Assembly (NCBI GenBank): GCA_031422495.1
Contig: JANPLX010000100.1
Location: 197 to 64,196 of the forward strand
DNA: 64,000 nucleotides
Origin: Polaromonas sp.
GTDB taxonomy: Bacteria; Pseudomonadota; Gammaproteobacteria; Burkholderiales; Burkholderiaceae_C
Reading direction: 5' to 3'
The translations under genes and the position numbers were made by a program. Positions within the stretch are counted from its first letter, which is position 1. Each line of letters begins with the position of its first letter. A model generated the notes under the pieces. It was given only the letters and a program-made list of their open reading frames with translations, ran no database searches and had not been told where the DNA came from. Below, in pieces: positions 46,086-54,187 of the stretch.

Positions 46086-46090
46086 AAAAT

Positions 46091-47053
46091 ATGCTCTACA
46101 AACGCAACCCCCAACTAAATAAAAACGGTGAACTCATCCACTTGCTGTCGATTGAGGGATTGCCCAAAGCAACGCTGACGCATATTTTAGACACCGCAGC
46201 CAACTTCGTTTCAGTCAACGACCGCGAAGTTAAAAAAGTCCCGCTCTTACGCGGTAAAAGTGTTTTTAACCTGTTCTTTGAAAACTCCACCCGCACCCGC
46301 ACGACTTTTGAGATTGCCGCCAAGCGCCTCAGCGCCGACGTCATCAACCTCGACATCGCACGCTCATCTGCCTCCAAAGGCGAGTCCCTGCTAGACACCA
46401 TTGCCAACCTCAGCGCCATGGCTGCTGATTTGTTTGTGGTGCGTCACAGCGAATCCGGCGCTCCTTATTTGATCGCCCAGCATGTCGCGCCGCACGTGCA
46501 TGTGATTAACGCTGGAGATGGCAGACATTCGCACCCGACGCAGGGTTTGCTGGACATGTTCACCATTCGGCACTACAAAAAAGACTTTTCTAACCTTACC
46601 GTCGCCATCGTAGGCGACGTATTACATTCGCGTGTTGCTCGGTCAGATATTCATGCTTTAACAACGCTGGGCTGCGCCGAAGTGCGCGTGGTTGGCCCCA
46701 AAACCTTGGTTCCTAGCGACATGGCGCAAATGGGTGTTCGCGTCTGCCACACCTTGGAAGAGGGCATCAAAGACTGCGACGTCGTCATCACTTTGCGCTT
46801 GCAAAGCGAGCGTATGACGGGAGCGCTGCTGCCCAGTAGCCAAGAATTCTTCAAAAGCTACGGCCTGACGCAAGACAAACTGCAGCTCGCCAAGCCAGAC
46901 GCCATCGTCATGCACCCAGGGCCGATCAACCGGGGCGTCGAAATCGACTCTGCCGTGGTTGACGGCCAGCAAAGCGTGATCTTGCCGCAAGTGACCTTCG
47001 GCATCGCTGTGCGCATGGCGGTGATGAGTATCGTTGCCGGTAATGACGCCTAG
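46091..47053 (+). CDS. pyrB: Aspartate carbamoyltransferase catalytic subunit
   Basis: 320 aa with [17 protein letters not shown] and HPGP motifs. Confidence 0.95.
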   Translation: MLYKRNPQLNKNGELIHLLSIEGLPKATLTHILDTAANFVSVNDREVKKVPLLRGKSVFNLFFENSTRTRTTFEIAAKRLSADVINLDIARSSASKGESLLDTIANLSAMAADLFVVRHSESGAPYLIAQHVAPHVHVINAGDGRHSHPTQGLLDMFTIRHYKKDFSNLTVAIVGDVLHSRVARSDIHALTTLGCAEVRVVGPKTLVPSDMAQMGVRVCHTLEEGIKDCDVVITLRLQSERMTGALLPSSQEFFKSYGLTQDKLQLAKPDAIVMHPGPINRGVEIDSAVVDGQQSVILPQVTFGIAVRMAVMSIVAGNDA

Positions 47054-47098
47054 ACAGATGCTTAAAAAATATAAAAAGACGCATAAAAAAGAGAAGCT

Positions 47099-48406
47099 AT
47101 GAATATCCTCATTAAAAATGGCCGAGTCATCAATCCAGCCACAGGATTTGATGAAATATGTGACATAGCCGTTGAATCACCTCATGTTATAGCTATTAAA
47201 AATATAGCGAAAAACTTCACACCTGATACAACGATTGACGCCACAGGCTGCATCGTCACTGCTGGTTTTGTTGATTTGGCGGCACGTTTACGCGAGCCTG
47301 GCCATGAGCACGAGGGCATGCTGCAAAGTGAGCTGGCCGCTGCAGTGGCTGGTGGTGTGACTAGTTTGGTTTGCATGCCAGACACTGAGCCGGTATTGGA
47401 CGAGCCCGGTTTGATCGAAATGCTCAAATTCCGCGCTGAAAAGCAGCACCAATCGCGTGTTTTCCCGCTAGGTGCGCTCACTGTGAATCTCAAAGGCGAA
47501 GTGTTGACCGAGATGGTCGAGTTGTCCGAAGCCGGCTGCGTGGGCTTTAGCCAAGCAGAAGTTCCTTTAGAAAACACCCAAGTGCTACAGCGCGCTTTGC
47601 AATACGCCAGCACCTTTGGCTACACCGTGTGGCTGCGCCCGCAAGACATCCATTTGGGCAAAGGCGTCGCTGCCAGCGGCGCTTTGGCTACGCGGATGGG
47701 TTTAAGTGGTGTTCCCGTCGCGGCAGAAACAATTGCGTTGCACACGATTTTTGAGTTGATGAAAGCGACCACAGGCTCCCGCGTGCATATTTGCCGCATC
47801 AGCAGCGCTGCAGGCGTGGCACTCGTGCGTCAAGCCAAGGCAGATGGCTTGTTGGTCAGCTGCGATGTGAGTATTAACTCACTTCATTTGACTGACATCG
47901 ATATGGGCTACTACGACAGCCGCGCTAGGCTCAACCCACCCCTGCGCCAGCAGCGCGACCGCGATGCCCTGCGTGCGGCCTTGGTTGACGGCACGATTGA
48001 CGCCTTGGTATCCGACCACACGCCGGTTAGCGACGACGCCAAAACCTTACCTTTCGCCGAAGCCGAAGCCGGTGCTACTGGTTTGGAGTTGCTGCTCAGC
48101 CTCGCCCTCAAATGGCAGTCAGAAAGCAGCGACAAAACGCTGACTTTGGCCAATGCACTCGCCACCATCACCAGCCAACCTGCCAAAATATTGGAGGCCA
48201 ATTTGGGCGCTGAGTACGCCAGCTTGGGCCAATTGGTTGTGGGCGGCGTTGCCGACATTTGCATTTTCGACCCCAAAGCGGCTTGGACTGTTTCCTCAAG
48301 CAGCTTGCGCAGCCAAGGCAAACACACGCCATTCGTGAGCTACGAGCTGCCCGGCAAAGTGGTGGCCACCATCGTGGCTGGGCATGTGGCTTTTGAAGCG
48401 AAGTAA
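47099..48406 (+). CDS. Dihydroorotase-like protein (PyrC'/PyrX type, partner of PyrB)
   Basis: 435 aa. It is a dihydroorotase (DHOase)-family fold directly after pyrB. The first metal motif reads GFVDLAARL instead of the usual HxH, as in non-catalytic PyrC'. Confidence 0.8.
   Translation: MNILIKNGRVINPATGFDEICDIAVESPHVIAIKNIAKNFTPDTTIDATGCIVTAGFVDLAARLREPGHEHEGMLQSELAAAVAGGVTSLVCMPDTEPVLDEPGLIEMLKFRAEKQHQSRVFPLGALTVNLKGEVLTEMVELSEAGCVGFSQAEVPLENTQVLQRALQYASTFGYTVWLRPQDIHLGKGVAASGALATRMGLSGVPVAAETIALHTIFELMKATTGSRVHICRISSAAGVALVRQAKADGLLVSCDVSINSLHLTDIDMGYYDSRARLNPPLRQQRDRDALRAALVDGTIDALVSDHTPVSDDAKTLPFAEAEAGATGLELLLSLALKWQSESSDKTLTLANALATITSQPAKILEANLGAEYASLGQLVVGGVADICIFDPKAAWTVSSSSLRSQGKHTPFVSYELPGKVVATIVAGHVAFEAK
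47164..47209 (-). repeat. Composite repeat copy in frame near the pyrC' N-terminus
   Basis: catagccgttgaatcacctcatgttataGCTATTAAAAATATAGcg. It has 16 nt identical to copy G, and ctcatgt plus the core remnant align with copy J. It encodes ...IAVESPHVIAIKNIAK.... Confidence 0.65.
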
Positions 48407-48450
48407 GTCATTTCTGGTACTTAACTTGCCGATATTGCTTGAAAGTATTG

Positions 48451-49185
48451 ATGTCTCAACTGCGCGCCTTCGGTAAATTGTGCTTATTCATTCCTCATCT
48501 TGTGTGGGGAATTTTCAGTATTTACGTCATATTTCCCAAGTTAAATCAAACTCAAAAAAACAAACGGATTGAGGCTTGGGCCGGTGCATTGCTTGCCAAG
48601 CTTGCTATTAAATTAGTAGTAAAAGGCAACCCACCCACCACAGGCCCGGTACTTTTGGTCTCTAACCATATTTCGTGGCTAGATATCTTGGTCATGCATG
48701 CGTCTAAACATTGCCGCTTCGTCAGCAAAGCAGACGTCAAGCATTGGCCCATTTTGGGTGCCTTGGCGACTGGTGCTGGCACCTTGTACATAGAGCGCGA
48801 GTCTAGGCGCGATGCCATGCGAGTCGTGCATCACATGTGCGAGGCCTTGCAAAATGGCGAGATTTTGGCAGTTTTTCCAGAGGGGACAACGGGCAATGGC
48901 ATTGAGATGCTCCCCTTTCACGCCAACTTGCTGCAAGCCCCCATCGTCTGCAACATACCCGTTCAGCCACTGGCGTTGCGCTATTTAGACCCCCAATCCG
49001 GCCAAACCAGCCAAGCTATGAGCTACGTGGGCGATGAAAGCCTGCTTGACTCGTTGTGGCGAACTTTGAAAGCCAAAGGCGTGATAGCCCAAGTTACCTA
49101 CGGCGAACCCCAATCGTCAAATGACCGAACCCGCAGAATGTGGTCGGATGATTTGAGGGGGGAGATTGAGCGCCTTAAAGCTTAA
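48451..49185 (+). CDS. plsC: 1-acyl-sn-glycerol-3-phosphate (lysophospholipid) acyltransferase
   Basis: NHISWLD (Hx4D) and FPEGTT motifs. The ORF track starts at TTG 48439. Confidence 0.85.
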   Translation: MSQLRAFGKLCLFIPHLVWGIFSIYVIFPKLNQTQKNKRIEAWAGALLAKLAIKLVVKGNPPTTGPVLLVSNHISWLDILVMHASKHCRFVSKADVKHWPILGALATGAGTLYIERESRRDAMRVVHHMCEALQNGEILAVFPEGTTGNGIEMLPFHANLLQAPIVCNIPVQPLALRYLDPQSGQTSQAMSYVGDESLLDSLWRTLKAKGVIAQVTYGEPQSSNDRTRRMWSDDLRGEIERLKA

Positions 49186-49202
49186 AAGGCTTGAATTGCT
49201 TG

Positions 49203-49267
49203 ATTTTTAGGTGTTTTTAGGCTCTAGTCGGCGTATTCATTGCTCATGTAGCTATTTTTTTTATAGC
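49203..49267 (-). repeat. Composite repeat, copy J
   Basis: tttttaggCTCTAGTCGGCGTATTCATTGCtcatgtaGCTATTTTTTTTATAGC. Confidence 0.8.
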
Positions 49268-49297
49268 ATTTTGTGTGTAAAATGTTCGGGTGAGACA

Positions 49298-50086
49298 TCA
49301 CTTCTTTAGCCTTCGGAGCATGGTAGCCGCTGACTCGGAGGGCTTGCAATTCAAGGTGGTCTCGTACTCGACAAGCAATTGACGGATTGCGTGCTCAATC
49401 GCTACAGCACCAAGTCGCTTTGCGTTCAATTCCGTGACCATGATTGCCCGATACACATAGGTGATGAGTTGATTCTGCCACTCTTTAATGCGCGGTGTAC
49501 CGAGCATTCCTGTCATGTGGTATCTCGGAGTAAATCCGCCGTAGAGTTCCATGATGTGAGGGTAGGCTCCGTGAACATAGCCAGAGAAGGCCTTGTGGAC
49601 CGTCTCCAATGTGCCCTGCGCATCGTGCGGATTGAGCTGATCCTTCGAGAGTTTGCCAAATGCCGCGTTGATTTTGCGACGGGGAACCATGTCGCGGTTT
49701 TGAGCGGAACTAAGCAGATCGTTCGGGTTCTCGAATTCTTCTTTGAAGAAATCTTTGAGCATTTTGATCTGGTCCTTGCTCGGACCAGTCTGTTCGACTG
49801 GACCCATGAAGAACAAGATTTCATAAATGAAGTCATCGGCCATTCGACAGAGTGCGCCGATTTCCTGCGTGTATCCAGCTCGCAGTAATACCAAGGCTGC
49901 ATTTAGCGTACTGACCAGTTTTACACCTTTGAGATAGCAGAAGAGTACGTCTGATTGTTCTAGGTGTCGGTAGTACATAAAATCGCCGATCTGAACGCGT
50001 ACCGGTTGAGGCACGAATGAAGACAATGAGTTGTAGTTCGCATTGAGCTTGCGCAAGGCTTCAGTGAGGTATTCGGTGGGTTCCAT
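49298..50086 (-). CDS. Hypothetical protein, predicted all-helical, no recognisable family
   Basis: Clean 262-aa ORF (MEPTEYLTEALRKLNANYNS...). By eye its Leu codon usage is CTC-rich, where neighbours prefer TTG/CTG. It is flanked by repeat copies on both sides. Confidence 0.6.
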   Translation of the reverse strand: MEPTEYLTEALRKLNANYNSLSSFVPQPVRVQIGDFMYYRHLEQSDVLFCYLKGVKLVSTLNAALVLLRAGYTQEIGALCRMADDFIYEILFFMGPVEQTGPSKDQIKMLKDFFKEEFENPNDLLSSAQNRDMVPRRKINAAFGKLSKDQLNPHDAQGTLETVHKAFSGYVHGAYPHIMELYGGFTPRYHMTGMLGTPRIKEWQNQLITYVYRAIMVTELNAKRLGAVAIEHAIRQLLVEYETTLNCKPSESAATMLRRLKK

Positions 50087-50194
50087 GTGCGCCTAACGTA
50101 ATCAATGCCGCAAAACCTTCACCATAATCTGAGGGTTGCCGGAAAATCTCGTCAATAAATTGCTCCTGCGAATGACTTGAACTATAGCTTAGAG

Positions 50195-50337
50195 CAGCAA
50201 TAGGTAGTGTTTTTACTTGCCGCATAAGTTAAACGCGGGTTGTCACGGGTAAGCCATTTTTAGACAAATACCATAGCACTAAAGCCAACAAACACGCCGG
50301 CTAGAGTGTAATTTAGAGGGTCAAAAACCCTAAAACT
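50195..50337 (+). repeat. Degenerate composite-repeat copies K0 and K1
   Basis: K0: ctatagcttagagcagcaataggtag...cgcataagttaa. K1: aaagCCAACAAACACGCCGGCTAGAGtgtaATTTAGAGGGtcaaaaaCCCTAAAAc. Confidence 0.6.
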
Positions 50338-50352
50338 GGACTTCGCCATTTT

Positions 50353-50422
50353 GCTATCAAATAAATAGCGAATTAGGCAATAAATACGCCGGCTAGAGCC
50401 ATATTTAGTCCCTAAAAAGACG
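50353..50422 (+). repeat. Composite repeat, copy K2, ending at the ABC ATPase stop codon
   Basis: GCTATCAAATAAATAGCgaattaGGCAATAAATACGCCGGCTAGAGCCatatttagtCCCTAAAAAgacg. Confidence 0.85.
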
Positions 50423-50423
50423 T

Positions 50424-51563
50424 TTAAACCGTTTTTTCCCGCTCAAACGTCACCACATGGTCCACTTCTGCGCGTATGCCTATCCATTCGCCTAACTGGT
50501 GGTCGTGGTGGCTGGGGACGTGGGCTACGACGGTTTCGCCGGTTTTTAGTTTGAGGGTGTAGAGGAATTCTGAGCCGCGAAAGGCTTTTCTGATGATTTG
50601 CGCTTTGGTGGGGGCGTTGTCGTCGTGGACGATGTCGTCTGCGCGTAGCAGCACGTCGCATTCACCGACGGGCAGGGCTTCTAGCACGGCGGGGCTGATG
50701 TCGTGGAGTTCGCCTAAGGGGGTGACGACGTGTTTGTGCAAGCCGATGCCGGTTTTTCGATGATTTTCATGATTTTCATGATTTCCATGATTTTCATGTC
50801 CACCATGCTCATCATGCAGCTCAACCGTAGCTTTAGAAAACACGCCATGCCCAATGAAATCGGCCACAAACCGCGTGGCGGGGCGGTGGTAGAGGGTGTA
50901 GGCGTCGGCCCATTGGTGCAGCTTGCCTTCATGCATCACGCCGATCAGGTCGCCTATGGCAAAGGCTTCGAGCTGATCGTGGGTGACAAACAGGGCGGTG
51001 GCATTGGCTTTTTTCAAGATGGCGCGTAGCTCATGGGCCAGGCGCTCGCGCAGGTCAACGTCAAGGTTCGAAAACGGCTCATCAAGCAACAAAAGCTGCG
51101 GCTTGGGTGCCAGAGCGCGGGCGAGGGCGACGCGCTGCTGTTGGCCGCCTGAGAGCTCGTGCGGGTAGCGTTTACCAGCATCGGGCAAATCGACCAAAGC
51201 CAGCACCTCGGCAACTCGCGCCATGCGCTGGTCTTTTGGCAGGTGGTGGATGCCAAACGCCACGTTGTGCGCCACGTCCATGTGCGGGAATAGGGCGTAA
51301 TCTTGAAACACCATACCGATGCGGCGTGATTCGGGCGCTAGGTGAACTGTTTCGCTGCTAACAATCGTTTTAGAGAGCAATACTGTCCCAGCGGATGCCC
51401 GCTCTAAGCCCGCTACGGCGCGCAACAACGTGGTTTTGCCGCAGCCAGAAGGGCCGATGAGTACGCCAATGTCGCCAGCGCGCAGGCCAAAGCTGACGCC
51501 GCCAACGGCTTCGGTCGTGCTGTTGCCGTAGCTCACATGAAGGTTTTTGACTTCTAAAAACAT
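50424..51563 (-). CDS. ABC transporter ATP-binding protein (FbpC/PotA-like, Fe3+ or polyamine type) with a His-rich insertion
   Basis: Walker A GPSGCGKTT, LSGGQQQRVALARAL, Walker B LLLDEP, and a C-terminal regulatory domain. Start MFLEVKNLHVSYG (51563) is preferred over the ORF-track start 51668. Confidence 0.85.
   Translation of the reverse strand: MFLEVKNLHVSYGNSTTEAVGGVSFGLRAGDIGVLIGPSGCGKTTLLRAVAGLERASAGTVLLSKTIVSSETVHLAPESRRIGMVFQDYALFPHMDVAHNVAFGIHHLPKDQRMARVAEVLALVDLPDAGKRYPHELSGGQQQRVALARALAPKPQLLLLDEPFSNLDVDLRERLAHELRAILKKANATALFVTHDQLEAFAIGDLIGVMHEGKLHQWADAYTLYHRPATRFVADFIGHGVFSKATVELHDEHGGHENHGNHENHENHRKTGIGLHKHVVTPLGELHDISPAVLEALPVGECDVLLRADDIVHDDNAPTKAQIIRKAFRGSEFLYTLKLKTGETVVAHVPSHHDHQLGEWIGIRAEVDHVVTFEREKTV
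50761..50814 (-). repeat. Coding 9-bp tandem repeat giving a His-rich (HEN)n loop
   Basis: tgattttca x2, tgatttcca, tgattttca, then the degenerate units tgtccacca and tgctcatca. The minus-strand translation is ...HDEHGGHENHGNHENHENH.... Confidence 0.85.
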
Positions 51564-51643
51564 AATGGCAATATCTTGTAGCGGTAATGAAAGCCGGTTT
51601 GTAAATTGAATTTGTAAATGCGTACAATTCTCATTTAGATTGT

Positions 51644-53323
51644 ATGCTGACACAAAAATCCCTATCAAACCCCGACTTTAGCCTGACCAAACGCACCAAG
51701 AGGGGACGTTTTGCCCTCCGTGTCTTGCTGTGCGCGTTCGCCTTGGTGCTGTTGTTGCCTATTTTGGCGGTCATCGCGTCGGTGCTGCAGTGGAATGGGG
51801 AATCCGCGCAAATCCTGCGGGAAATGAGCCAAACCGTGCTGCCAGATTACGCCATAACCTCGCTGATGTTGTGCATCTTGGTGGCGATAGGCGTGGCGGT
51901 GGTTGGCATGGCGACGGCAATTGCAGTCACCTTGTTTGAGTTCGCCGGCCGCAAAACGTTTGAGTGGGCGCTGTTATTGCCCATCGCCATGCCCGCCTAC
52001 GTGGTGGCGTATGCCTATACCGACTTTTTGCAGTTCAGTGGCCCAGCGCAGGGCTGGATTCGTGGTGCTTTTGGCTTAGAAGGGCGCGTGTTACCAGAAA
52101 TTCGCAGCGTTTGGGGGGCGGCCTGGGTGTTCACGTTTTGCCTTTATCCCTATGTGTATTTGCTGGCTCGCACCGCCTTGGCAGAGCGCGCCACGCATTT
52201 GATGGACGCTGCTCGTCTGTTGGGCGCGCCGCTGCGCCGCCGCATCAAAGAAATCGCTTTGCCATTGGCGCGCCCCGCAGTGGCAGCTGGCATCGCCTTG
52301 GCACTGATGGAAACATTGGCAGATTTTGGCGTCTCCAGCTACTTTGGTATCCAAACTTTCACAGCAGGTATTTATAAAGCTTGGTTGGTGTTAGACAGCC
52401 GCATCGCAGCCGCACAACTTGCCACGCTGTTGCTAATTACGGTAGTGTTGCTCTTAAAAATAGAGCGAAAAGCGCAAAAGAAGATGCGATTTTCAGCCGC
52501 CAAAGGTGCTAACCAAGCCCATAAATCCCAAACAGCGGAAAAATTGCAAGGCAAACAGCTCGCCGTCGCATGGCTGGTCTGCATCACGCCGATTTTGATG
52601 GGTTTTGTGTTGCCGCTGCTGTTCATCTTGCGTCCGTTTTTAGCAGCGTTGCGGGCTAACAATGTTCTGCTGCCGTGGGCACAATTTGGTCAATGGGCGG
52701 CGAACAGCCTGTTTTTGGGCGTAGTTAGTGCCGTTTTGGCGGTGGCATTCGCATTAGTCATCGCCTTTGCTATGCGCACCCGGCCTGATAGGTTGACGCA
52801 CTTTGTGGGTAACTTGGCTGGGCTAGGGTATGCCATTCCCGGCGCAGTGATTGTCGTTGGTTTGCTTATCCCAGTCGGTTGGATACAGTCAAAATGGCCT
52901 CAAGCCGGCGTAGGATATTGGGTAACTGCTACAGTTTTAGGAGTAATTTGGGCTTACGTTGTACGCTTTAGCGGCGTGGCGTTGCAATCGGTGCAAAGCG
53001 GTTACGCGAAGATTCCAAGCAGTTTTGACGATTCTGCCCGCATGCTGGGCACGAACGGCTTGAACTTGCTGCGCCGCGTGCATTTGCCCTTGCTCAAGCG
53101 CTCCACAGCGGCGGCGGCATTGTTGGTATTTGTCGATGTGATGAAAGAGCTACCCGCCACGCTGGTGCTGCGTCCTTTCAACATGGACACCTTAGCTGTC
53201 GTCACCTACCAGCTAGCTCGGGATGAACGCTTGGGCGAGGCAGCGTTGCCCGCTTTGGCGTTGGTTTTGGTGGGATTATTGCCGGTTTTGTTACTTAGCC
53301 GAACATTGCGTTCAGCTAAATAA
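51644..53323 (+). CDS. Iron(III)-type ABC transporter permease (two fused permease domains, FbpB-like)
   Basis: 559 aa, about 12 TM segments, with two EAA-like loops (AARLLGAPLRRRIKEIALPLARP and SARMLGTNGLNLLRRVHLPLLKRS). Confidence 0.8.
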   Translation: MLTQKSLSNPDFSLTKRTKRGRFALRVLLCAFALVLLLPILAVIASVLQWNGESAQILREMSQTVLPDYAITSLMLCILVAIGVAVVGMATAIAVTLFEFAGRKTFEWALLLPIAMPAYVVAYAYTDFLQFSGPAQGWIRGAFGLEGRVLPEIRSVWGAAWVFTFCLYPYVYLLARTALAERATHLMDAARLLGAPLRRRIKEIALPLARPAVAAGIALALMETLADFGVSSYFGIQTFTAGIYKAWLVLDSRIAAAQLATLLLITVVLLLKIERKAQKKMRFSAAKGANQAHKSQTAEKLQGKQLAVAWLVCITPILMGFVLPLLFILRPFLAALRANNVLLPWAQFGQWAANSLFLGVVSAVLAVAFALVIAFAMRTRPDRLTHFVGNLAGLGYAIPGAVIVVGLLIPVGWIQSKWPQAGVGYWVTATVLGVIWAYVVRFSGVALQSVQSGYAKIPSSFDDSARMLGTNGLNLLRRVHLPLLKRSTAAAALLVFVDVMKELPATLVLRPFNMDTLAVVTYQLARDERLGEAALPALALVLVGLLPVLLLSRTLRSAK

Positions 53324-53324
53324 T

Positions 53325-53396
53325 GCTATATATTTAATAGCTGGATAGGCAATAAATACGCCGAATAGCGATATTTGCCTCTAATTTGGTCCCTCG
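53325..53396 (+). repeat. Composite repeat, copy L, starting 2 nt after the permease stop
   Basis: GCTATATATTTAATAGCtggataGGCAATAAATACGCCGAATAGCGatatttgcctctaatttggtCCCTcgac. Confidence 0.85.
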
Positions 53397-54187
53397 ACAG
53401 AAATCATAATGCAGCCTGTAGACCGCATAAATGTTAGTTTCTTCATGATATTTTTGGAAAAGTACCGTCAAAAAGAAAAGTGTCCCCCTTTTGTTGCAGT
53501 TTTGACACATCATGATTGTTCACGTCACGATCTGCGTTGCGTGCGCGAGTGTGAAAGCGTTCGGACTACCAGCGTTTTTCCTAATGAAGCTCTAGACTTT
53601 GCAGGCCCATACCTCTATTTGCACTAATTTGATTTTTTTTTGAATAGGGGATTTAATCTCTGCTTGAGAAAAGGCTAGGGTTCCGCTTCATCAAAGCTGT
53701 AGACATTCAACCCACCCCTCCTGATTCGTGACAGACAGCTACAGAGACAAAGCCGACCTTCAACTGAATTTTTGAAGATCCGCTTTCGCGCTTAAAACAA
53801 CCACTCAAATTCACAACATTTAAACGAAATTAAGTTAAGCTTGATCATGACAAAGTGTAGACAAGGGCATAAGTACCTATACCAGCCATCATTCAGTGCG
53901 CGCTAACTCACAGACCAAAATTACACAAATTGTTGACAAAGGTTGGCTACGGACATCACCCGTAGTCCTGACAAGATCCAGTCCGATAGCCATTGTGGAG
54001 TAGTCCATGTCCAATCCCCTGTCAACCGCCATGGAGCACAATGAGGCCTATCGACTTTTTAACATGCGTGCAACTGGCTTTGCTTGAAACCTTTCGGCCT
54101 AAAACCTGAGGTTTTTCAGCGGACTTTGTGCGTTTGCGCACAGACTGACTCTGCTGTATCAGGAACACTTGTAAATCACCTCAACCC

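Noticed and set aside
51564-51643. Fur box in the divergent iron-ABC spacer
   Set aside because: AAATG-N11-CATTT and the TTTGTAAAT repeats are AT-rich, but they do not fit the GATAATGATAATCATTATC 19-mer or its hexamer array.
53409-53627. 72-aa ORF in the junction spacer
   Set aside because: It has no RBS, odd composition (Cys/Arg/His-rich) and no similarity I can recognise. It is probably non-coding.
54040-54187. MerR/CueR-type operator upstream of the copper genes
   Set aside because: I looked for a 19-20-bp-spaced -35/-10 pair with an internal ACCTTCC..GGAAGGT-like dyad. Only a loose AAACCT...AGGTTT pair (54089-54115) was found, with the wrong geometry.
53324-54187. tRNA gene or tRNA 3' fragment as an island attachment site
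   Set aside because: No GGTTCGAATCC-like T-arm or acceptor-stem pattern was seen on either strand.
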